NCBI RefSeq assembly: GCF_009914755.1
Contig: NC_060940.1
From: the human T2T-CHM13v2.0 reference genome, Homo sapiens
Length of the DNA stretch: 64,000 nt
Direction: 5' to 3' (one strand)
Shown: positions 1 to 23,458 of the stretch, piece after piece
Numbering within the stretch: position 1 is the stretch's first letter
How the letters are laid out: every line of letters begins with the position of its first letter
Translations under genes and position numbers: made by a program
The notes under the pieces: model-generated
Seen by the model: the letters and a program-made list of their open reading frames with translations, nothing else
Database searches by the model: none
Told to the model about the DNA's origin: nothing

Positions 1-159
1 GACCTTCCAGCTGGATGGTCAATGCTCTGGAGGAGAATCAAGCAGGGTGACAGGGGTCAATAGTAAGGCAGAGTGGGGTGGGGGAGTGTTCTATTCCAGA
101 TGTGGGGGGATAGGGAAGGTCTCTTTTGAGCGGGAACCAGAAGAACAGAGCCAAGTGGG

Positions 160-209
160 AATCTCTCTGAGCCTATTCCGGTGCAGGAGGCTGCCTAATT
201 TAAAAAATA
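160..209 (+). mobile_element. Short retroposed insert (~40 nt LTR-like sequence plus A-rich tail) with a degenerate 16-nt TSD, inside an L2 relic
   Basis: AACAGAGCCAAGTGGG (144-159) and AAAATAGCTAAGCGGG (210-225) flank ATCTCTCTGAGCCTATTCCGGTGCAGGAGGCTGCCTAATTT followed by A6TA4. Confidence 0.6.
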
Positions 210-470
210 AAAATAGCTAAGCGGGCATTTTCAGGAAGAGAGTGAGGGATGAGAGAATAAACCCTGAGTGCAAAGACGAAGGCAGGTGCATATTAATCAA
301 AAGCTTACTGAAAGCTCCTGATCAACCTGAAGTAATCGGTATTATAAAATTCCAGCCAGAGGTAAGAAATTTTACCTCATTCTGCTTAATGTAAGCAGAA
401 ATCTGCCTTATTCTGCTTACTGTGGTTTAGAGTATAGACTGTTTGAAATATAATTAGTACCCAGGCCCTC

Positions 471-770
471 TTTTTTTCGTTTTTGAGACAGAATCTCCCT
501 CTGTCGCCCAGGCTGGAGAGCAGTGGCATGATCTCGGCTTACTGAAACCTCCACCTCCCGGGGTTCAAGCAATTCTCCTGCCTCATCCTCCCGAGTAGCT
601 GGGATTACAAGTACCCACCACCAAGCCTAGCTAATTTTTTTTGCATTTTTAGTAGAGACTGGGTTTTACTATGTTGGCCAGGCTGGTCTCAAACTCCTGA
701 CCTCAAGTGATCTGCCTGCCTCAGCCTCCCAAAGTGCTGGGATTACAGGCATGAGCCACTGCACCCCTCA
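471..770 (-). mobile_element. AluS element
   Basis: Full two-arm Alu consensus in antisense. Confidence 0.95.
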
Positions 771-1937
771 GCCCTCTTTCTCTCAATCCCCCATTACTAC
801 CTTAATAAACTCTAGTGATCCCAGGACCCCACTCTGAAAACCAGTGATAGCCCCCATCTCGAGAAAAGGCCACACACGAGAGGCACTGCAATGAAGCCTG
901 AACACCCCCCAACCCACTGCTTTAAGTTGAGAATTTTTCACAAAAATCCTCCCCCATCAAGAAGTTAAACTGTTTAAAAATAGGATAGTTTCCAAATACT
1001 TAAACAAGCAGTATCTTCTCCCCCAGGAGGTGTCACTTTCTGAGCTTGAGCCCTTCTACTTATTGGCCTCTTCTCCAGCCTGCTGCAGCCCTGCTCTAGA
1101 GCCCTGGACCACTTCAAACTGAGGTCAAAGTTTAAGTCAGCTGACAGGCCGAAGCCATCCCCCTGAGCAGGGGTTCCCTGCTCTCTTCCTCTCCACCTCT
1201 CCCAGTCTATATCCTTCCTCCTTCCTGGAGCCCTGAGGCTAATGAACCCAAATCCCATCTCATCTCACCCTGCATGTTACTTCTCTTGTACACACAGCCT
1301 GTTCTCCAGGAATCACCTTATTTTCCAAATAAAAATATCAGGGTATATTGTGAGCACACGGGTACTGTCACATGAATTGCTGTAATTTCAATGCTTAGAA
1401 TACTTCACAATTTATAGTAAAATAATTATTTAAAATTTAGGATTATACTTATATATGGTCTGATGAGGCAGCACAGGAAATTGAGACTGTCTGGGAAAAT
1501 TTATTATCTGTGATCCCTTCTGCTCTATTCTCTAATAAGTAACTTTATTTTCCAAAGGAATCCCATGTCATCCTGCAAAAGCATTTGGGGTTACTTCCAG
1601 AAACAAGGATGCGAGAGTCAGTGATAACAGCTATAGGCTGAAAACTCCATGCTGGTATTTCCAGGCTATTTCAATGGCTCAGGGAAGACTGCTGTGGGGG
1701 AAGAAAAAAAAAAATCAACCCCAGCTTCCAGACATACCTCAGTCCTTAATGGGGTAGGCCACACGTGTGGTGCAGCTCAAGTCTGTACAGCACGACTTTA
1801 GGCTGGAAAGAGCTCTCTCCCAGGCACCCAGGTATGCATTCATTCTACCGAGAGAGAAGCATCCTGACACACAGCCCTGTCCTTACCTCTAAGCATCCTT
1901 TGGAGTGCCATAACCTGGGAAAGATTCTTACTGATTT

Positions 1938-2887
<950 letters not shown>

Positions 2888-3921
2888 TTAATTTAGCCCT
2901 GTGGTCCAGGAGGAGCCATTAGGACTTACAGAGGTCACCATTTCCCAGTTGTCTGTACTTGTGGGTAAGCATACTAGAAACCTGGAATAAACTGAGACCT
3001 TCAGATATGCTTTGGGAGGAAATGTCAACCAAGTCTGTATTTTTTTTTTAAATGTTCAGAAATGTGGTGGTCTTGTCCTTTGATGTAGTAAAAGCACTCC
3101 TTGAAATTTAACCAAAAATAATAATTCAAAAGAAGAATCCAGGCTACACTCATGAGGACATTTATTGACGCATCTTCCTAATAGCAAAAAAACTAGAAAA
3201 CATAATCACCAGACTTTGCCACAGGGGATCATATGTAGCCTTTGGAAAGGAAAAAATTTCCAAGTCCTTTTCATTTGAGTCTGTCATAATACGATGATTA
3301 TTTTTCTAATTTCTAATTTTCTTTAATGTTACAACATTTTCACTAACAAATGAGGGTAAATTCCTTTCAAATGGAAGAAGTTTTCCATTAGCATCAACAA
3401 ATTTATTAAGCACCCACTATTGTGCAGAATGCTTTTTTTTTTTTTTTTTTTACAGAAAAGTGCATTTTAAAACAATTTAAGCTTCAAGTTTGTCCAAGTG
3501 GTCTGTATTATCTAAATCATTCTTCCCAAGGGCCTCCAAATTACAAAGAAAGTCATGAAAAGTTAAAGATTACAGTCAGTATATGAGCTTTAAGGCTATA
3601 CTAAGGTAAAGCTAGTAACATCTACTATTTTAGTAATTTTTGAATAGAAGGTACTTGCATGTGGTACAAAATTCAAGGGCTGGGAGCAGTGGCTCATGCC
3701 TGTAAACCTTGGACTTTGGGAGCTGAAGGCAAGAGGATCGCTTGAGCCCAGGAGTTTGTGGCCAGCCTAGGCAACATAGCGAGACCGTCTCAAAAATAAA
3801 ATAAAATAAAATAAAATACAAAAGGTACAAACAGTTATACAGCAGAAAATGTCTCCCTGACACCCTGGCCCTCGGCCACCCAGCTCCCCAACTTGTATCA
3901 TTCCAGAGATATTCTGTATCA

Positions 3922-4599
<678 letters not shown>

Positions 4600-4821
4600 A
4601 CCTCCAACAGGCTTTGATGACGTGGTGTCTTGAGACGCTGAGCTAGGGAGCATGGTGGGCTCACCAGCACTGTAATACTACCATTATCCCCAACTTACAA
4701 TCCCCAAGTGAGAGACCTGCAGGAGATCTGCTTGTGGCCTGAGTGAACAAGTAGCTTGCCAAAAGTCTCATGGCCGATAAGAGATACGAAGTCCATCATA
4801 CTCTCAGAAACACTCCCCTCA

Positions 4822-4846
4822 ACACACACACACACACACACACACA
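4822..4846. repeat. (CA)12 microsatellite
   Basis: Direct reading. Confidence 0.95.
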
Positions 4847-4939
4847 TTCTACCCTAAACAAGGGTGACTTCATGTCATTGTTCTCTCTCCCTGGAACATA
4901 CCTCCATAAACCATCACTAGCCCTTTGCCTGGCTAATAT

Positions 4940-6240
4940 AAAGTTTAGAATCAGCATTCTTCTATCTACAAAAAAACCTTGCTAGGATTTTGGGATCGTA
5001 TTAAACCTATAGATCATTTGTGGAGAACTAATATTTTAACTATATTGAGTTTTCCAATCCTAATGAACACAGAATGCCTGTCTACTTATTTTGGTCATCT
5101 TTGATTTCTTACTTCAGTGTTTTGTAGTTTTCAGTGAGCAGATTCTATACATGTTTTGTGAGATTTATATCTAAGAATTTCATTCTTTTGAGTGCTGTTA
5201 TAACTGATATTGGTTTTTTTGTTTTAATTTCCAATGATTTATTGCTAGGATATAAAAATACTATTGGTTATCGTGTGTTGACCTTATATCCTGTAACCTT
5301 GCTAACTCACTTATTAGTTCTAGGAGGTTTTTTATAGATTCCCATGTGATTATCTACCTAATCATGCCATATGCGAATAGGGACAGTTTTATTTATTTCT
5401 GATCTGTACGTCTCCTATTAATTTTTTTGCAACGGCTAGGACTTCCAGTATGATCTTGAATATGAGTGGTAACAGTAAACATCATTGCCTGTTTCCCATC
5501 ATGGGGGAAAGCATTCATTCTTTCCCCACTGTAACATTATATATTACAGTATAATGTTAGCTGTAGATTTTTTGTAGATGCCCTTTTTCAGGTTGAAGAA
5601 GTTCCTTTCTCTTCCAAGTTTGCTGACAGCATTTATTATGGAAAAGTACTGAATTTTGTCAAAAGTTTTTTTTTTCTGCATCAAATGATAGAATCATGTG
5701 GCTTTGGGTTTTGTTTTGTTTTTGAGAAACGGTCTCACTCTGTTGCCCAGGCTGGAGTGTAGTGGCACGATCGCGGCTCACCGCAGCCTTGACCTCCTGG
5801 GCTCAAGCAATTCTCCCACCTTAGCCTACAGCTGGGACTACAGGCATGCACAACCATGTCATGCTAATTTTTGTATTTTTTGTAGAGAAGGGGATTCACC
5901 ATGTTGCCCAGGCTGGTCTTGAACTCCTGGGCTCAAGCAATCCACCTGCCTCGGCCTCCCAAAGTGCTGGGACTACAGACATAAGCCACTGTGCCTGGCC
6001 TGTTATTTTAAGTTATTAATATGGTGTACACCTATAACATTTACTTTCAAAAACTGCACCAACCTTTTTGTTCCTGGGATAAATCAAATTGGTTTGGTGT
6101 ATTATTCTTTCTCCATTATGCTGGGTTTTATTTTCTATATGGTATTTTGTTGAGGATTTCTGTGTCTGTGTTCATATAAGGAATATTGGTCTGTAGTATC
6201 ATTTTCTTGAACTGTCTTTGTGTGGTTTTGTAAAACACAT
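4940..6240 (-). mobile_element. Old L1M ORF2-derived fragment with an embedded antisense AluJ (~5705-6000)
   Basis: T-rich antisense L1 motifs (GCTAGGACTTCCAGTATGATCTTGAATATGAGTGGT, TTGAGGATTTCTGTGTCTGTGTTCAT). Confidence 0.8.
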
Positions 6241-7117
6241 GTACGCTCTACATTTAACAACTTCTTTTGAGATCGTGGATTATAATTTCACTATTTTTAA
6301 TCATCAAAAAAACTTAAGAGTAATTATAACTTTGCTTTTCTGCCAGAATTTATTTGACTCCAAGTCCTTGATCAGGAAGACAACTCCTAAAGATAACAAT
6401 CTTCCTAAAGGAAAATGGGACTGTTTTACAAGGAGCCACAGAATGGTGGATCTGAGAATCCAACATAGAGAAACCCACTGCTTCATCTACCATTATGCGC
6501 TTGTATATGCATGACTTCAGGGATAAATGGGAGCCAGAAGTACAAAGGAATCTTCAGTAGTAAACAAAACGCAGAACCCTTCACGGTTTGACCAGGGTCA
6601 TTGTGTGTCTGCCTGGTCATTTGACCAGCTCTTACGAATCAGGAACCCAGCTGAACCTCAGTTGAACCAGCCCCTCCAACAGAACTGAGGGGATTTGGGG
6701 CTGATAAGCTCAGTGCTATGTCTACAGCCAGTCATTTCTCAAAGTTGCAGCTTTGTAAATGTAGCTATATTTGTGTTGCATATGATTTCTATAATGTATT
6801 ACTGCCCCACCCCTGCACATCCTCCAGAGAACAGTAACCAGCCAGGGATTGTGCTGACTGGCTTGAGATTTAAAAAACTAACAAGGTTTCCACCAAATAA
6901 AAGAGATGCCATTACCCACCCCTGAAGTGCAAATACTCACATTTGTTTTTGAGTTACGTAAGAAAGCAACTATCAAACATTAACCTCTTAATTCTTACAA
7001 TTCCTAAAATGGTCAATTAGTCATTACTACCCATACTGTACAACTGAGGAACCCAGATTCGATGAGATTAAGAGACATCAAAATCAGCTGAGCTAAAATT
7101 TGCATTTAAACATTTCC

Positions 7118-11690
<4,573 letters not shown>

Positions 11691-12594
11691 CTATAAAGTT
11701 TTGAGGCCGGTGGCCTCAGAAGGCCTACCTGTGACAGAGAATGTTGGGGGGACACACGGGTTTTTCTGAATTAGAGCATGCCCACAACAGAGCTAAGCAA
11801 TTGCCCGCAGAGGCATGTTACAAAACCACAAAGCAGGAACAGAGCTGAGAGGCCCCTGCCCAGAACACCCTGGAAGCTAAAACACAGGACCCTGAGAAAT
11901 GAGCTCTACTACAGACAAGTCCAACAGAAAGTTCTCTGTTTCTGCTACCTCCAAAACTGGCTGCCCTCCCAGATTTAACTCTGGGTACCAATTGGGCAGT
12001 GCCAGCCACCGTGCTGGGCGGTGGATTCCGGGATGCCAAGTCTGTCTTCTTGGTTAGAAGGACACAAACCTCTGCAGTGTAGAGAATTGTGGGCATATCT
12101 GGGCTCCTCCACTGCATCAGGGCTACCTGCCTCCATCCAGCAAATACTTACTAAGCGCCTACCATATACGCCTGGCACCCAGCTAGACATCAAGTGGGAA
12201 CCAAACCACAGTCCCTCGTCTCCGCAGGCAGAAACAGGCACCGTCCGGAGGTTGCGCGGGCCGGGAAAACCTGCCACAGGTTGCTAAGACCAGCTGTACC
12301 CAGGAGACAGCAGGATTCCCAGCAGCACCCAGCCCAGTAACGCCACAGACTCCCGGGAGCGAGGGCGGAGCGGACAGGTAGGCCCGAAGGCAGGTGCTCA
12401 GGTAGGAGGCGCACACCTGAGGCTGCCGGCCTGGGAAGGGCAGGCTCTGGCCGAAGGCGGGGTCCCCAGAGAAGGCTGCAGAGTGGTCCCGGGACCCCAC
12501 GAGGGAGAGGGGGCGCGAGGAGCGGGCTCCGGCCTGGGCAAGCGGGTACGCGGCGGAGGCCCCGCAGCGGGGCGGGGAGGGAGGCGTGCGGCTA

Positions 12595-12879
<285 letters not shown>

Positions 12880-12897
12880 TCAGCGGGGCCGCCGCAT
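12880..12897 (-). promoter_or_regulatory. uORF MRRPR* in the CMTM4 5' UTR
   Basis: ATG CGG CGG CCC CGC TGA with G at -3, ending 60 nt before the main ATG. Translation itself is not shown by the sequence. Confidence 0.7.
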
Positions 12898-12924
12898 CGC
12901 CGCCGCCGCCGCCGCCGCCGCCGC
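12898..12924 (-). repeat. (GCG/CGG)9 trinucleotide repeat in the CMTM4 5' UTR
   Basis: Nine perfect CGC units on the plus strand, directly abutting the uORF ATG. Confidence 0.95.
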
Positions 12925-13849
12925 CCGACTGACTGCCCGCGGCCCGCCCGCCGCCGCCGCCTCTCGCCCGCCGCCCGGCTGCGGCTGCGGCTCGGTCCGC
13001 TCGGGCTCGGCTCCCGCCGCCTCGGCAGCGGAAAGGGAGGGAGGTGGGAGCCAGGAGAGGGAAGGAGGCGGGAGCGGGCGCGCCGGGCCGGGAGAGGCGG
13101 AGCCAGGCCGCAGCCGGCCGCTCGGAGGCGCTCCGCGGCTCGAGCGAGGTGGAGGCGGCGGCGCCGCGGGCCTCGGGGAGGGGCGGGGCGAGGCGGGGCG
13201 CCGGCTCCTCAGGCCCCGCCCTGGCCCCGCCCCCACCTGCGCCTAGAGCCGGGGCGGGAGCCGCTGGTGGGCGCTGGCGATCCCGGCACGCGGGGCGATG
13301 GGGTTCAGGCAGCGGGGTCTTGGGGCTGAGGAAAGGGTCGAGGTGGACCTGGAGGCCATGGAGTTGCTTTCCCAGACGCTGCCTCAGGTTCTCCTTTGAA
13401 GAAAGTGGGGTCCTCGACGCATAGGGTGGGGAGCTTCTCGGTAAAGACAGAGACGGGCTGCGCCACCCGGGTGCCGGGAACGGTGCGTGGCCAGGGTGGG
13501 CTTGACTCAGACTATTGGGCCGACGAGAGGTGGGTAAGTGCCTGTGTTCTCACGCTGGGCGCCTGGAACAAACCGGTTCCGAGGCCAGGGGCGGGCGGGG
13601 CAGGGTGAGGAGCCGCCCCACTGCAGGTTGTCCCCGCCGGCCTGACCCAGGCGACTGACATGTTCCTCTCCTCTCAGCTGAAAAGCTTTGCTAGCTCTGT
13701 CTACGCATAAAGTAAGGTTAAACACAGATTTTGCCCCGAAGGGCATTAATTAGGGACCAATTTACAATTCAAGTGTGAAGGCTAATTTTAAGCTAAGTAA
13801 AACACTGACTAAGAAGTGTCGCTTTGATATTGAACCCTTCCACAACCAC

Positions 13850-14005
13850 AAATACCGAGAGCTTGCCATGTTCTAGGCACTGAGCAAGGCGCTTGAAGAA
13901 CGTATCGTTGTTATTTCTATTTTACAGAAGAAGAGACTAAGGCTGCAGACTGGAAGTAGCTTGTCCAAGGTCACACAGTTCATTGGTGGGCAGAGCCCAG
14001 GTTCC
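13850..14005. mobile_element. MIR SINE
   Basis: ATTTTACAGAAGAAGAGACTAAGGCT..CTTGTCCAAGGTCACACAG core. Confidence 0.75.
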
Positions 14006-14216
14006 TACTTTTTCTTTTTTTAAAAAAAAGTTATTTATTATTTTCATCATCATTATTTTTGTAGAGATAGGGCCTCACTGTGTTGCCCAGGCTGATCTCG
14101 AACTCCCGGGCTCAGGGGATCCTCCTGCCTCAGCCTCCCAAATTGCTGGGATTACAGGTGTGACTGACCATGCCCAGCCCTCAACTTTTTCAAAGATAGG
14201 AAGGACAGTGACTCTA

Positions 14217-15423
14217 ATACTGTTGTCCTTCTGTATGGGGGCAAGAGAGGGAGCTTGTTTTCAGGACCCCCTCAAATACCAAAATCTGAAGATGCTCTCA
14301 AATCCTTTATATAAAATGGTGTAGTATTTACATATAACCTACACACATCTTCTCGTATACTTTAAATAATTGTTCTACTGTATTACTTTTTATCTATATT
14401 TTTGTGTGTGCGTGTGTGTGTTGTTTGGGGGTTTTTTGTGTGTGTGTTTTCTGAGACAGAGTCTTGCTCATCACCCAGGCTGGAGCGCTGTGGTGAGATC
14501 TCTGCTTACAGCAACCTCCACCTCAAGCGATTCTCCCACCTCAGCCTCCCGAGCAGCTGGGACCACCACGCCCAGCTAATTTTGGCATTTTTAGTAGAGA
14601 CAGGGTTTCACCATGTTGGCCAGGCAGATCTCAAACTACTGGCCTCAAGTGATCTACCCACCTCAGCCTCCCAAAGGGCTGGGATTACAGATGTGAGCCA
14701 CCGTGCCCCACCTGTTTTTCTGTTTTGTTTTGTTTTGTTTGTTTTTAAAATAGACTTTTCACTCTGTCATCCAGGCTGGAGTACAGTGGTACAATCATAG
14801 CTCACTGTAACCTCGACCCCCTAGACTTAAGCAATCCTCCTGTCTCAGCCTTCTAAGTAACTGGGACTACAGGCATGCCACCACCATGCCTGGCTAAATT
14901 GTTTTTTCTTTCTTTTTTTTTGGAGATGGGGTCTCATTATGTTGCCCAGGCTGGTCTCAAACTTCTGGTCTCAGCAGTCCTCCCACTTCAGCCTCCCAAA
15001 GTGCTGGGATTACAGGCATGAGCCACCACATCCAGCTTATTTTTTATTGTTTTTTCCAAATAATTTTTTTTTTTGAGACGGAGTCTCATTCTGTCACCCA
15101 GTGGCATGATTGCTGCGCACTACAACCTCCACCTCCCAGGTTCAAGCAATTATTCATGCTTCAGCCTCCTGTGTAGCTGGGATTACAGGTACCGACTAAC
15201 ACGCCTGGCTAATTTTTGTGATTTTAGTAGAGACGGGGTTTTGCCATGTTGGCCAGGCTGGTCTTGAATTCCTGACCTCGAGTGATCTGCCCACCTTGGC
15301 CTCCCAAAGTGCTGTGATTACAGGCATAAGCCACTGTGCCCAGCCTATTTTATTCCAAATTTTTTTTTATCAGCAGTTGGTTGAATCCATAGCTGCAGAA
15401 ACCACAGATATAGAGGACTGACC
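14217..15423. mobile_element. MER2-like (Tigger) DNA transposon split by three antisense Alus
   Basis: Left part CAGGACCCCCTCAAATACCAAAATC..TATAAAATGGTGTAGTATTT; right part GTTGGTTGAATCCAT..GAAACCACAGATATAGAGGACTGAC. Confidence 0.8.
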
Positions 15424-15501
15424 CTAAATCAACAAATATTTATTGGGCACTTACTATGGATTAAGCAATATACTAAGAACTTGAGATAGACAATGGTGCT
15501 A

Positions 15502-19392
<3,891 letters not shown>

Positions 19393-20685
19393 ACTTGGCA
19401 TTTGTTGGGACGGATAGTCCCTGCCAGCGGGGACATGGAGAGCCAGTATTGAAACCAGTAAGTGCAATGGAATATGTGCTGAGTGTTGTTGGGGGAAGGA
19501 GGGTGTTCATGACAGTAGGGACATTTCCAGCAAAAAGATTTAATTGAGTCTGTGGGTCAGAATTTCAGCTGAGATCTGAAATACAAACAGCAGTTATCTA
19601 AGCAAAAGGGTTGGGGGAAAATACTGCGGGCAGAGGGAACAGCATGTGCCAAGGCCCAGAGACAAGCACCAGCAAGGCGCACTGAAGAGAAAGGAGTGCA
19701 GAATTCAAGTGTGGGAAACTGGCAGAGGAGACCTGAAGCTGAAAGGCAGCTGAAGCTGAAAGGACCTCATGGTCCACAGAAGAGGGTAGGTTCCACACAG
19801 GAGAGGGCTAAGCCTGAGAGTGGCCCAACAAGGCCTGCCTTGAAGGGTGCTCTCTCTGGCTTCAGTGCAGCGATGGATTGAGCAGAGGCAACAGTGGAGG
19901 CTGTCCTCCAGTACTTATTAAACTGTTTCCCGTTCCTGGACACTAGCCTAAGTTTATTTTTAGTTCTAGGGACAGACTCAAAATTTTCACTTCTGGTTTT
20001 TAAAAGAAGTTTGCAGACTTCCAAAGGGTGTTGTTGGGAATCCCACACGGATCCTTAAATAGTAGACAAAACCTGGTATCGTGGTGCCTTCCTTGCCGTT
20101 GGATTGTAATACATCATGAGTCCCTGGGTGTAGCTGTGCCTCCGGGTGTCTACGGGTGCTGAAGACAAAATGAAGACGACACAGAAACAGACAGCCCTTG
20201 GCCAGGTCCCTGGGTTCCAGGGTCTAGTCCCCATATCCAAGCTGACTCAGGACAACCAGACTCAGAAGAGACTGATGAATAAGCCAGATGCTACTTTGTT
20301 AATTACTGCCGGAGGATAGACTCTGCCAGAGTGCTGATTCTTATCTCAGACCCTATGCTGGAAGAGCTTCTCAGGGCAGCCAGCTGATGTGGAAGGACAT
20401 GCCTGGGCCTCAGGAGGCTTAGGCTGCTGCCCAGGGTCTTTTACAACAGCGTCTTTCTCACCCCAGGCAGTGCTTAGGCACTAGCAAGTTCCTTATCATT
20501 GACCCTTTTCTCTACACAGTCAGCACCTGTGTGTTCAGAACATGCTCATGTTTAGCATCTTTAGGTAGGGGCTAGTCCCCGGGATACCTTGGTTCACCTG
20601 GATCAGGTTTGTCCCTCAGTGTCTCATTTAGTCCTGGGCTTGAGGGCAACTACCTCCAAGTCTGGAGACCACTAACTGTACCCTC

Positions 20686-20687
<2 letters not shown>

Positions 20688-20731
<44 letters not shown>
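20688..20731. repeat. (CA)22 microsatellite
   Basis: Direct reading. Confidence 0.97.
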
Positions 20732-20738
<7 letters not shown>

Positions 20739-21114
20739 CTGACTTCCCTGAGCATCAGGACTCATGGAGAGTCCTAACCTCAAAAGCATTGGTCTAGACT
20801 GGGTGCAGTGGCTCATGCCTATAATCCCAATTCTTTGCAGGGCTGAGATGGGAGGATCACTTGAGGCCAGGAGTTCAAGACCAGCCTGGGCAACATAGCA
20901 AGACCCTATTTTTAGGAAAAGTAAGAAAAGGAGAAAAAAAAAAAAAGCATTGGTCCTACAAAGACCTTAGATTCTAAATTTCACGAAGGGCTAGGAGCAA
21001 AACACCTTCCCAAACTGTGGTCTCTGCGTGTTCTGTGTCTGGAGCCAGTGCCTAATCATGGGGAGGAGAGACGGGTTTGTACTTCATTTCATCTCTCACT
21101 GAGGCCCCTCCTCA

Positions 21115-21537
<423 letters not shown>

Positions 21538-21716
21538 CTACCTCAAACAAAATTATATAGACAGGGACAGTAAGCAGAAGATTTCAAGCATAAGGTATAT
21601 AGTAGGAAGACTGATTAAGTTTATCATTAACAATTATCAATGTTAAAAGCATGAACCAAAAACACAAGAACATTTTTAATTTAGTGCTTCAAGACTAACA
21701 ACTTGGTATGAAATGA

Positions 21717-22307
<591 letters not shown>

Positions 22308-23156
22308 TGATCCACCCACTGTACTCCAGCCTGGGCAACAGAGCAAGATCCTGTCTCAAAAAATAAATTAAAAAATTTAAAAATAAAGGTGCCAGTATGT
22401 CTTGATGTCTGAAGGATTAGACTCAAAGATGTAAAAATCAAAACCCACTGTTTCGTGTTTGAAAGAAGCGGATGTCCCTGTCCCTCTCCTTGGTGGCAGG
22501 GCCCTGACCAGACTCCTCCAGCAATGTTCCCACATGCCTGGAGGGAGGGACCAGAGCCTGGGCCAGTTCCAGGGAGGAGTGGTTCAGGGGTGAGAGTTAA
22601 CTGCTGCTTCTGAAGGAACTTGTCCCTTCAGCCGGAAAAATGCTCTCCGAGTCTCTAAAAATAGTGCTCGCTGGGATTTTCCAGTTTGACATTCCTTTTA
22701 TTACAATGACCAAAGACAATCCAAGCCAGTCCACCCTGGGCCTCTAACCAGAGCCTCCAGGGAATCCCAGCTTCTGCGGGACCCCAGTTTGTGGTTCCTG
22801 CTGCTTCCAAAACATAATGATTTGGGGAGAATTCACCTGCTCAGCAGCCGCCTCGCTTCTCCCTGGCTGCCCTCCACCTTCTCTCTCCATGGCAGAGGAA
22901 GTGGCATGGGTTTCTGGGGAAGAAGGCCGAGAGTGTGGCCATAAGGAAATGTGGGACCTGCCTTCACCCTCCAGGACTGGTGTCCATGCTGGGCCTGGCT
23001 AAACTAGCCATGTGAACCCTAGGGAGCTGCTGAGGTAACCAGGAGGCAACAGACACCTCGCCAGGCATTTGCGGCTGCCCCACCCCCCGGGGCCAGGCAC
23101 TGGGCCATATCCTGGGGCTTCACGGCTCTCACAGAAGAACTGCGGTGGGAGGGAGT

Positions 23157-23290
23157 TATAAACCAAAAGTATCTGAGACAAGTCTCAATCAATTCAGAAG
23201 TTTATTTTGTCAAGGTTGAGGATCTGCCCAGGAGACCGTAAAGTCCGTGCCTTTTTCTGAAGATGATTTTGAGGACTTCATTATTTAATA
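23157..23290. mobile_element. MER4-group ERV1 LTR fragment (MER4A-like)
   Basis: TAAACCAAAAGTATCTGAGACAAGTCTCAATCAATTCAGAAGTTTATTTTGTCAAGGTTGAGGA..GAAGATGATTTTGAGG. Confidence 0.75.
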
Positions 23291-23299
23291 ATTTTTTGA

Positions 23300-23458
<159 letters not shown>

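Noticed and set aside
19960-20240. Unique, coding-looking sequence with possible acceptors (also ~31070-31200)
   Set aside because: Frames are interrupted, there is no convincing donor/acceptor pair, and I recognise no protein.
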